Positions 13,471 to 24,269 of a DNA stretch of 64,000 nucleotides are shown here, in pieces. The DNA comes from Chiloscyllium plagiosum. Its lineage: Eukaryota. The stretch is from NCBI RefSeq assembly GCF_004010195.1, contig NC_057755.1, positions 957,023 through 1,021,022 of the forward strand. The letters run 5' to 3'. The translations under genes were made by a program, and so were the position numbers. Each line of letters opens with the position of its first letter. Within the stretch, counting starts at the first letter, position 1. The notes beneath the pieces are model-generated. The model searched no databases. It was given only the letters and a program-made list of their open reading frames with translations, and was not told the origin of the DNA.

Positions 13471-14029
13471 TTTAGATGAGAGGTATGATAAATTTCTTGT
13501 TGGATTCACACAGACTACCTGTTCCATGATGTTGGCTGTTAAGATGTGACCTCCGCTGCTCTGTGATTCCGCCCCTCTGGCTGTTATTGGAACTGCAGAT
13601 CCGTCGCAACATGCTGGAGGAGTTCAGCAGCACCCCCACAGGGTCAAATTCTGTATTACTGATGGGAAGACAATTGACTAATACAGTATTTACGTCTGAA
13701 TAGGAACAGCTACCATACGCAACAGTATTCACATACAAGCATGGACAGTTCTAACATACAGCAATATATGGATATAAACTGGAACATCTCCAATAAAAAC
13801 AATATTAATGTTCCAAAGCACAATAATATTGCATGTCAACACAACCAGCTCTAATGCACAACATATTTGTACAGATACAAACAGCTTCAACATATAACAA
13901 GACATTATATATATATAGGACATAAAACATGAAATAATTTGCATATGAAGGACTTATGGGAAGGAAGTGAATACACTATTGCTAAATTTGTAGATAACAC
14001 TAAAGTAGGTGTGAAGGAAAGTTGGAACA

Positions 14030-14810
14030 TTGCATGTGCTTACTTATGTACGGGAATGGTGGTGATCATCTTGAAGAAGATGGGGATTCAGCTTGTTCGA
14101 TGGAGAGGTTGAAGATGTCAGTGAATACCTATGCCAGTTGGTCCATACAGGATGTAAATGCAGGTCGAGGACACCATCCAGGCCCGTCGGTTTCCTTGGG
14201 TTGACTCACTGCAAGACCATTCTGACATGTGAGGTGGTGAACGAAGGAACAGGTGCGTATGGGGTTATTGGGGCAGACGTCACTGCGCCCCTGGCATTCT
14301 GCTCAAACCGAACAGCGAAAGCTTTGAGCTCCTCATGGAGGGATGTGTCTTTGTCTGCTAGCTTGCTCTGCTTCAGTTTGTATTCTAAAATGTTCCTTCG
14401 ACCTTGCGATAGGTGGCAGCAGCCTATTTGGTAGGTATGGCCCTCTCCCGTGGTCTGGTACACTTTCTTGGCATTCCTGATGGTTCGGCGGAGGTCATAT
14501 CTGCATTCCAAGAATAGATTTAAATATTTCCACTAGAATGCTGCCCGTCAGATCTTCAGTAGGAGAGGATTTCCTGATTCACTCAAGGTTTATTCTTGGG
14601 GAACACTCGAATTGGCTTCTTTAATATGCAATCCTCCATGCATTCGCCTATGATGTCCGTGATGGTCATCCATGTTTTCCACTAACAACTTGAACACGGT
14701 CCTGTCCACAAGTTCCAAACAGTTCCAGAGACTGTCATTCACAGCCTCCGATGACGATTTTACTTCCTTTTGTGAACAATCCTCCCATTTCAGCTTCTAT
14801 TTGGAAGCAC
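14030..14810 (-). mobile_element. Rex1/Babar-type LINE fragment
   Basis: RYDLRRTIRNAKK..SLHEELKAFAVRFEQ..VNPRKPTGLDGV..DQLA*VFTDIFNLS. Confidence 0.75.
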
Positions 14811-14815
14811 TGTCC

Positions 14816-14937
14816 ACATAAGACCATAAGACATAGGAGGGGAAGTATGACCATTCGGCCCATCGAGTCCACTCCGCCATTCAATCATGGATGATGGGCA
14901 TTTTAACTCCACTTACCCGCATTCTCCCCGTCGCCCT
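14816..14937 (-). mobile_element. Short CR1-type 3' tail insertion
   Basis: (cataagac)n tail plus ccattcggcccatcgag stem-loop typical of CR1 3' ends. Confidence 0.65.
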
Positions 14938-15114
14938 ATGTCAGAGAATGAAGCAAGACAGAGAGATGTCAGAGAGATTAGGAGCTTAGGGCACAGCCTC
15001 AGAATGGAGGCACGACCCTTGAAACTGAGATGGCAATGAATTTCTTCAGACAAAGTGTGGTTAATCCGTGGAAATCATTGCCACAAAGAGTTCTGGAGGC
15101 CAGGACATTGAGCG

Positions 15115-15760
15115 TGTGATGCTGTAGCTCATTTACCAAGGTTGTGTTGCCTTGTATTTTTTTTTTAATTTAAGGTGCTTGGAAATGCAGCAGTTCCAGG
15201 CTGTCTAGTTTGGATGGGTTGTCGGGCCAATTTCATGATAGCTAAAAGACACTGCCTCAGGCAAAATAATTTCAATTGTCACAGCATGTACAATGAAAGG
15301 GGAGTGTACAGTTCTCACTGCTCAGGTTATTTCTGGTCTGGTTTAGTTTGGTTTGTTGTTTCCAACAGTCAGTTTTTCAGACTGCTGCTGAAAGGAACAG
15401 CTTCATGTAAAAATCTCTGTCTGACATCTCTCCCAATATCTCACGATACTGTGTTTTTGATTTTACCCGTTTTGCCGTAAGTTGTTAATGGGGCTTGTTC
15501 AAGGAATTGAAGCAAAATGTAAGTTGGTATCATCTGTTGGATTTTCGGATAGGTCAAGTTATTCGGTATTCTGTTAACTTTTCTTTGTGTTACATTCGTT
15601 ACTCTGTAAGTAAATTATAATTTATTTAAAACCGAGGAATATTGACCAGCTCCACCACTCCTGGAATATCCACTTTACTCCTGCTCCAAACAAATAGAAA
15701 ACATAGGGTCTGGGCGACCACCTTGAAATGTTTTGAGAGTGTCTGACCTAGTCCATAACA
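15115..15760. mobile_element. Solo LTR (TG...CA)
   Basis: Begins TGTGAT and ends ATAACA (5/6 inverted match). Degenerate 4-bp TSD agcg/aatg. Interrupts an otherwise contiguous CR1 3' end and is absent from the paralog at about 34220. Confidence 0.7.
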
Positions 15761-15860
15761 AATGTATTAAAGATTTGGAGATGCCGGTTTTGGACTGGGG
15801 CGTACAAAGTTAAAAATCACACAACACTAGGTTATAGTCCAACAGGTTTAATTGGAAGCA

Positions 15861-15895
15861 CACTAGCTTTCGGAGCGACGCACCTTCATCAGGTC
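15861..15895 (-). ncRNA. Minimal hammerhead ribozyme motif (minus arm)
   Basis: Reverse complement gac-CTGATGA-A-GGTGC gtc GCTCC-GAA-AGCT-A-GTG, with one mismatch in stem II. Confidence 0.65.
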
Positions 15896-15905
15896 ATCAG
15901 ACAAT

Positions 15906-15940
15906 CACCTGATGAAGGAGCGTCACTCCGAAAGCTAGTG
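15906..15940 (+). ncRNA. Minimal hammerhead ribozyme motif (plus arm)
   Basis: CAC-CTGATGA-A-GGAG cgtca CTCC-GAA-AGCT-A-GTG. Stem I CAC/GTG, palindromic stem III AGCT, predicted cleavage after CUA (15937). Confidence 0.72.
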
Positions 15941-16489
15941 TGCTTCCAATTACACCTGTTGGACTATAACCTGGTGTTGTGTGATTTTTAAAAATGTATT
16001 AAAAGTAGAGATGTTTGCGTTCCTTATTGGTAAGGGAATCAAAGGTTATTTGGAGAAGGCAGGAGAATAGAATTGAGAAACAGATCCTCCAGGATCATAT
16101 TGCAAAGATGACTTAATGGGCTGAATGCCTAATTACTCTCCAGCACTATATGGCCGAATGATCCAATATATACGAACATATGTTTATGGACACAAGCAGC
16201 TCCAACATTAAAAAAAATGAATATATTGCATTCTTTATTCAAACTTGGACGAAACAACTGGAATCCTGCCTTTCAGTGAACATTCCCCTGTCTTGCTTCA
16301 TTCATTAAGGCTATGTCCTTGAACTGAAGTAATAGTTTAGTTTTCAGGGTGCAGGAGGTGCAGATATTGGCAATTAGATATTTCCCCAGTTGGAAAATAT
16401 ATGCCATTGAGAGCAATCTATGCACCGTGACCTGCTGTAGGGTTCACCTGTCCTTTTTCAGGGCAGGGAGTCTCATGATCAGACAGAGA

Positions 16490-18410
16490 CAGAACCACAC
16501 CCAGAGGGCCACAGAAACGCATCCACTCCCTCACACACACATACACATACACGCAGAAACGAACCCTCACACAGAAATACAGCCAAAGTGAGATATGGGA
16601 AGTTATTGACAAACACACACACTCACATACATATGCAACTCACAAACATGCACACAGGCACAATGACATAATCAAACTGAAATGTGGGAAGACACTTACG
16701 CAATGAATACAGAAACATTCCCACACCCACATAACACACATAGGAATACAATCAGAGTGCCGAAGGGGTACACCTACTCACACATGCATGGGTGTACACG
16801 CACACATGCACACATGAAAACAGGTATATTGAGACATATAGGAACACACACAAGAACGGACAGAATCCACACACATCCACATACAAAGAAATACAGTCAT
16901 ACTGAGATAGTGGAACAAATCTACACACACACACATATGTACAGGCATACTGACAGAGAATGGAACACACCCATGTGCATATGAAACGCCTGGATATCTG
17001 CACTCACAATAATACAGTCACACTGAGATATAGGAACTCAAATGCACACAGGCACAGAATCACACCGACACCCTCACACACATATAAGAACGAACTTAGA
17101 GTAAGAGACATTACATACCAACCTGCAAGAATTGACAGAAATTTCTTACACATATACACACGCGCATTCAAACACAGTTACTGAAACACAACCGCAATTA
17201 GATATGGGCAGTGAGCGACACTCAGAAACAGATGCCTCACCCACAGAGAGGCACAGAGAGGTCCTGCTGGGGGCACAGAAAGATCTTGATACACATACAG
17301 ACAGCCAAACAGAGTCTGAACAGTACACTCACCCGCTTATGCAAGAGCACAGCCAGGCAGACACACATCCCTCACTACCATAATAAGATTCTGATAGTCA
17401 GAGACACACACGAAGTCACAGAATTATCATGACATGCTGACAGTAACACCCACACATACTCACCCACACACACGCACACAGACAGACAGACAGACGCACA
17501 CACAAACACACAGACATAGGATTGGTACCCCACAAACAGCGTGCACACATGCACATGAGCAAAACAAACACAGATACGCAATCACACAGACACATACACC
17601 CACGTATAAAGCACTCACCTTCACAGAAACACCCTCATTCAGAGGGAATATCATTCCCAAACACATAAACACATGACTGTCTCGTCACCGAAATACTTCC
17701 AAACACACAAAAAGGGAAACCCACACTCAGATGCATAATTACACTCAGAATGTGTCACACTCAAAGATATATCTAACGACCAAAACCAAGGGACACACGC
17801 ACACACAGAATGAGATCCCCACAAAAGCATTGAAACCCCTCCCACACACAGAGACGCAAGGGCACTCTCACACACTGAAAGGGAAACGCATGAAGATCCC
17901 TCCCGCCTAGCCACAAGGAAAGAAATGGGAGAAGATCAAACTCCAGCAAACTTACTTACAGTAATGTGTAAAGTTATTGCTGCCTGTATCTGTGCACTTT
18001 GTATTTTGCAAAATCACTGCCTGGGGAAGAATGAATGAATGAACGGATCAGGAAGGGATTTGAGTCAATGCAAGTGAGCATGTATTAAACTGAGACAAGT
18101 GTCTGACATCGTGAATATGAGAAAACGACACAGAGAGCGCAAGACAGACAGACAGAGAAAGAGATAGTCAGAGAGACAAAGAAGGATAGACGTAGATAAA
18201 GACAGAGAGACAGACAGACACATGGGTGGAGAGAAGAAGAGACAGACAGAGACAGAACGATACAGGCGGAGAGACACACAGAGTGAGACAGATAGAGAGA
18301 CAGAGAGAGAGAGACTGAGCAAGAATCTGAGAGATGAGGAACAGCAGGAGAGGGGAAGAGAGGAAAAGACAAAGACAGATAGACAGAGGCATAGAGAGAA
18401 AGAAAGAAAT
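16490..18410. repeat. CA-rich then GA-rich low-complexity block (duplicated unit)
   Basis: Degenerate CA repeats to about 17900 and GA/GACA repeats at 18120-18410. Paralogous to 1-1260 and 34700-36760. Confidence 0.85.
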
Positions 18411-18815
18411 ATCCATGTGAATGGGACAGAAGATGGATTCAATAAACACACTCAGATAGAAGTGTGCATGTAACAATAATTCATTCAAGTCAGCACCCAG
18501 AGGCTTTCTCGTCTCTTCATAAAGTATTTATTTTGAGCTGAACAGAGAAATTCTGGCAATCATCATTGTGCAGGAGGGACTGTCTCTGTCCCTGCCCCTC
18601 CTCCCCTGCAGAGGAAATGGAGAGACTCTTCCTGCCAGTCTTTAACACTCATCCACAGGGTGTCCGTGAAGACCCAATGTTCCAGCTGAACCCATCACTC
18701 ACAGCCAGTCCATCACTTTCAATAATTCTTGCAGCCTTTTTCCATCCTGCAATGGCAACACTGCAGTTGCCTCTGGAATTTTCTCAGTTGTTATGCTGAG
18801 TCAGAAATGAAGGAT

Positions 18816-19681
18816 TTACGTGACCAGTTGGTGCTCCGCATTCCTGAATTTCTCTCTGAACTTGGGCGGAGTCGCTGCATAAAATAATGTGTTTGTGCTG
18901 CAGCTGAAATCCTTGAGCATTTCTCCAGAGAGTGTAAAAATTATGAGCGGGCCGTTCATGCACCGATTTGTTCCTTTAATGTTATAGTATAAGATATTTG
19001 GACCGTGCAGTACCCACAGAAGCATGAAGCTTATGGATATGGTGAAGAGGGAGATCATTGACTTCCTCCAGCTCTCCATCTCTGTGCCTTTGTGACTCTC
19101 TCCCTTCCTCTGGCTCTTGTGGAAACGACTCGTGACTAAAATGTACCTGACCGTCAGAGTGTTCATCAACAGAATTAACACGAATGGAATTAAAGGGGTT
19201 AAAATGATATCAAAACATTTATACCAAAGCCATCTGGGATCAGTAAAATAACTTGGCTTGGTTCTGCAGTACCACGGAACATTGTCAATTATTCTCAAAG
19301 GTTTCAAACGAAAATAGAAAAGAATGTATTTTGAACAGAGCAGAATGCCAGTTGCACCCAGAGCCACAGTCAAGGCTTTTTCTGTCAAATATTTTCTCTT
19401 CGTTTTCAGGCAGCAAATAGGCACATAACGATCAAAGGAGAAAAGGACAGTGAATCAGGCAGAACAGTATGTGGCTGCAATGGCCAGGACAAAGACAGCA
19501 CTACACACAGGGGTGATGTACTGGAAAGACCATGAGAAGTAACTGTATTTGAATTGCCACAGTATGCTCTTCATGAGAATGAAAAGTAGATCCGATATTG
19601 CCATAGCCAACAGACAGTGCGTTTTGCAGTTCGAAAGTCGACACTTACCACGTGCGAGGACAAAAATCACCAGGAAAATAA
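18816..19681 (-). pseudogene. GPR139-like class A GPCR pseudogene copy 2, exon 2 (single in-frame stop)
   Basis: Polypyrimidine tract and AG acceptor at 19682-19683. One frame reads (V)IFLVIFVLARGKCRLSNCK..LLAMAISDLL..ITPVC..AATYCSA*FTVLFSFDRYVPICC..DNVPWYC..LTPLIPFVLILLMN..RKSMISLFTIS..STNTLFYAATPPKFREKF. TGA at 19455-19457 replaces the conserved TM3 Trp. DRY motif intact. Confidence 0.92.
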
Positions 19682-20504
19682 CTGAAACAGACAGGAGGCA
19701 AAATACAATACGGAAATGAATGACTAAACGTTATCCACGTTGGCCCAAGGTGCAATGGAAGATCTTAGCATCAAGCTGGGTCAGCTCGAGGGTTCAGATA
19801 TCGAGTTTGAACATGACAGCTCCAGCCGCCTGCCTCACTTCGAAGCTGCTCAATCCTGGGCTTGATTAAGTGTGGGCAGGAAATCAACCGATTGCAGATG
19901 TGGCAATTATTTTTAGGTAAAAAGGAAAAGGTTCAGAGGGGATTCGATGAAGAGGTTTTGACCCAGAGAGTGGTGGGGGTCCAGTAATTCAGTACCTGAT
20001 AGGATACTGAAAGCAGGAAACCTCACAAACTTTAAAAACAACCGAGAAGAACACTTGAGCTGTCATAACATTCGAAACTACGAGGCTAGTGTTGGAAGGT
20101 GGGGCGAGTGTAGATTTTGTTTAGCTTCGAAAGCAGAAACTGGATGGAATAAAGGACCTCTTTTTCCCTATTTCTGGTTCCCTATTTCTCAGAATTCCTT
20201 CTGGGAGGCAGGTTGGGAAGTGAAACATTTAATGAAATAAATGAAAGGGATTTGAATGCTGCAAACATGAAACAGAATCAAACATAACTGGCAAAACCCA
20301 ATAGGTACGGCCGCATATGTGGGATAAGAAACCGAGTTATGGAATCACTGTTCATCAGAACATTTCGTCTGAACATGGATCACTGAACTCAAAACATCAT
20401 CTCAGGTTTCTCCCCGCACAATATTCTTTCATTGCAAACAGAAGGCAGGTTTTCATTTCTAACAGGGAATTGAGATTTGAAATGTTAATTTTCACATAGT
20501 ATGG

Positions 20505-23500
20505 AACACCTATTCCTTCTATTGTAGGAAAGGTTTTGGAAAGGATTATAAGAAATAAGATTTATAATCATCTAGCAAGCAACAATTTGATTTCAGATAG
20601 TCAACATGGATTCGTCAAGGGCACGTCGTATCTCATAAACCTCATTGAGTTTTTTGAGAATGAGACCAAGCATGGAGGTGAGGGAAGGGCCTTTAGCGTG
20701 GTATAGATGGACTTCAGTAAAATCCTTGATAAGTTTTCACATGATAGGCTGTTGGAGAAAATGCAGAGGCATGGAAGAGAGCGTGATTTACTGGTTTGGA
20801 ATAGAAACTAGCTTTCTGAAAGAAGGCTGCGAGTGGTGGTTGATGGAAAATATTTATCCTGGTGTCCACTTACTGGTAGTGTGCCACAAGGATCTGTTTT
20901 GGGACCACTGGTTTTTGGTCATTTTCATAAATGACTTACATTCAGGCATACGTGAATGGATTAGTAAGTTTGCAGACGGCACTAAATTCAGTGGAGTAGT
21001 GGACAGTTTGGAAGAATGTTGGTTGCAGGGGGACTTACATAAACTGCAAAATGGGGCTGAGAGGTGGCAAATGGAGTTCAATGCGGCCTAAGTGAGGTGA
21101 TGCACTTTGGGTAAAAAAATGCGAAGGCAGAGTACTGGGACAATACAAAAATACATGGTAGTGAGGATGTGCAGAGGAATCTTGGAGTTCATGGACATAG
21201 ATCCCTGAAAATTGCCACCCAGGTTGATAGTGCTGTTAAGAAGGCATACGGTGTGTTAGGGTTTCAATCGTAGAGGAATTGAGTTCTGGAGCCGCAATAT
21301 CATGCTGCAACAAAACAAAACGCGAGTGGGGCCACACTTGGAATATTGTGTACAGTTCTGGTCACCATATTTCGGGAAGGATGTGGAAGCATTGGAAAAG
21401 ATGCAGAGGACATTTACCAGGATGTTGCCTGGTCAGGAAGGAATGTCTTCTGATGAATGGCTGAGATTTGGGCCTGTTCTCATTCGAAAGAAGAAGGCGA
21501 AGGGGGTATTTCATAGGGACATACAAGACGATCAGAGGATTAGATAGGGTAGACAGTGAAAGTATTTTTCTTGGGATAATGACGTCAGCTTGTACGACGG
21601 GGCATATCAACAAATTGAGGGGTGATAGATTTAAGACAGACATCAGCAACAGGTTCTTTACGCAGGAAGTGGTAAGGACGTGGAATGCCCTACCTGCTAA
21701 TGTAGTTAACTCAGCCACATTAGGGAGATTTAAACAATCTCTGGATAAGCACATGGACGATGATGGGATAGTATAGGGGGATGAGCTGAGAATAGTTCAC
21801 AGGTTGGCGCAACATCGAGGGAGCCGACCAGGGAGAAGGCAATTCTGGATCTGGTATTGTGTAACGAACCAGAATTGGTCAGAGACCTCGAAGTGAAGGA
21901 GCCATTAGGAAGTAGTGACCATAATACAGTAAGCTTCAATCTGCAATTTGAGAGGGAGAGGGTACAGTCGGAGGTGATAGTACTTCTGTTGAATAAAGGG
22001 AACTATAGAGCTATGAGGGAGGAGCTGGCCAAAGTTCAAAGGTGCAATACCTTAGCAGGGATGACCGTGGAGGAACAATGGCGGATATTTCTGTGTATAA
22101 TGCAGAAGTTGCAGGATCAGTTCATTTCTAAAATGAAGAAAGATCCCAGGAGGAGGCATGGGCGGCCGTGGCTGACGAGGGAAGTAAAGAAACATATAAA
22201 GTTAAAAGAGAAAAAGGATAACATAGCTCAGATAAGTGTGAAAACTGAGGACTGGGAAGCTTTTAAAGAGCAACAGAGGATTACGAAGAAGGAAATACGC
22301 AGAGGAAAATTGAGGTACGAAGGTAAATTGGCCAAGAATATTAAGGAGGATAGTAAAAGGTTTTTTAGGTATGTGCAGGGCAAATAAAAATGGTTAGGAC
22401 AAAACTTGGGCTCTTGAAGACAGAAACAGGGGAATATATTACTAGGAACAAAGAAATGGCAGAAGAATTAAATGGGTACTTCAGATCTGTGTTCACTGGG
22501 GAAGACACAAGCAATCTCCCTGAGGAAACAGTAGCTGAAGGACCTGAACTTAAGGGAATTTATATCTGCCAGGATTTGGTGTTGGAGAGACTGTTAGGTC
22601 TGAAGGTTGATAAGTCTCCGGGGCCTGATGGTCTGCATCCCAGGGTACTGAAGGAGGTGGCTCGGAAATCGTGGATGCGTTGGTGATTATTTTCCAGAGT
22701 TCAATAGATTCGGGGTCGGTTCCTGAGGATTGGAGGGTGGCTAATGTTATATCACTTTTTAGGAAAGGTGGGCGAGAGAAAGCAGGAAATTATAGACGAG
22801 TTAGTCTGACCTCAGTCGTGGGAAAGATGCTGGAGTCTATTATAAAGGATGAAATTACTGCACATCTGGATAGTAGTAACAGGATACGACAGAGTCAGCA
22901 TGGATTTATGAAGGGGAAATCATGCTTGACTAATCTTCTTGAATTTCTTGAGGATGTAACCATGAAGTTGGACGAGGGAAATCCAGTAGATGTAGTGTAC
23001 CTGGACTTTCAGAAAGCTTTTGATAATTCCCACACAGGAGGTTAGTGAGTAAAATTAGGGCGCATGGTATTGAGGGCAAAGTACTAGTTTGGATTGAAAA
23101 TTGGTTGGCTGATAGGAAACAAAGGGTAGTGAATAACGGCTCCATTTCGGAATCGTAGGCAGTGCCCAGTGGGGTGCCGCAGGGATCCGTGCTGGGACCG
23201 CAGATTTTTACAATATATGTTAATGATATAGAAGACGGTATCAGCAATAACATTAGCAAATTTGCTGATGATACAAAGCTGGGTGGCAGGGTGAAATGTG
23301 ATGAGGATGTTAGGAGATTACAGGGTGACCTGGACAAGTTAGGTGAGTGGGCAGATGTATGGCAGATGCAGTTTAATGTGGATAAATGTATGGTTATCCA
23401 CTTTGGTAGCAAGAACTGAAGGCAGACTACTACCTCAATGGAATCAATTTATGTAAAGGGGTAGTACAGAGAGATCTGGGTGTTCTTGTACACCGGTCAA

Positions 23501-24235
23501 TGAAGGCAAGCATGCAGGTACAGCAGGTAGTGAAGAAGGCTAATAGCATACTTGCCTTCATTACAAGAGAAATTGAGTATAGAAGCAAAGGGGTGCTTCT
23601 GCAGCTGTACAGGGCCCTGGTGAGACCACACCTGGAGTACTGTGTGCAGTTTTGGTCTCCAAATTTGAGAAAAGACATTCTGGCTATTGAGGGAGTGCAG
23701 CGTAGGTTCACGAGGTCAATTCCTGGAATGGCAGGATTACCTTACACTGAAAGACTGAAGCGACTGGGCTTGTATACCCTTGAGTTTCGAAGATTGAGAG
23801 GGGATCTGATTGAGACGTATAAGATTATGAAAGGATTGGACACTCTGGCAGTAGGAAACATATTTCCACTGATGGGTGAGTGCCGAACCAGAGGACACAG
23901 CTTAAAAATTCGGGGTAGACCATTTAGGACACAGCTCAGGAGACACTTCTTCACCCAGAGAGTGGTGGCTGTGTGGAAAGCTCTGCCCCAGAGGACAGTG
24001 GAGGCCCACTCTCTGGATTCATTTAAGAAAGAGTTGGATAGAGCTCTCAAAGATAGTGGAATCAAGGGTTATGGAGATAAGGCAGGAACAGGATACTGAT
24101 TAGGAATGATCAGCCATGATTATATTGAATGGCGGTGCAGGCTCAAAGGGCTGAATGGCCTACACCTGCACCTATTGTCTATTGTCTATTGAAACGCCTG
24201 TTCTGCGCTGTATTGTTCTATATTCTATGTTCTAT
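20505..24235 (+). mobile_element. CR1 LINE 3' portion (host element), tail split by a nested CR1
   Basis: RT remnants (SQHGFVKG, INDL..WISKFADGTK, GPHLEYCVQFWSP). The tail gcgcaacatcgaggg stops at about 21821 and resumes as gcctgttctgcgctgtattgttctat at about 24196-24235. Confidence 0.85.
21822..24191 (+). mobile_element. CR1 LINE (same subfamily as 2054-5264), 5'-truncated in the APE domain
   Basis: EPLGSSDHN, KSPGPDGLHP, YLDFQKAFD, GVPQGSVLGP, ISKFADDTK, RPHLEYCVQFWSP. (CTATTGT)n tail at 24171-24191. Few frameshifts or stops. Confidence 0.93.
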
Positions 24236-24269
24236 TTGTTCGAATGTTCTTCATATTTCGGGCATAGTT

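Larger units (their letters stand above)
15772..15991. mobile_element. Penelope-like hairpin mini-insertion carrying two hammerhead motifs
   Basis: 85-bp inverted arms at 15810-15894 and 15907-15991 (4 mismatches), 12-nt spacer. 12-bp TSD aaatgtattaaa at 15760-15771 and 15992-16003. Confidence 0.8.
14985..16150 (+). mobile_element. Old CR1 3' end, split by a solo LTR and a Penelope hairpin
   Basis: gggcacagcctcagaat..aatttcttc..tggaaatcattgccacaaag..caggacattg continues after 15991 as aatgtattaaaagtagag..aagggaatcaaaggttat..gggctgaatgcct. Uninterrupted paralog at about 34120-34370. Confidence 0.7.

Noticed and set aside
13560..13645. Promoter or CTCF site (GC box, ATTGG, cagcacccccacagg)
   Set aside because: Short motifs, a poor match to the CTCF consensus, and no associated gene start.
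18816..19424. Stand-alone 202-aa intact GPCR gene
   Set aside because: It starts at a GTG just after the DRY motif. It is the part of exon 2 downstream of a premature stop and lacks TM1-3.
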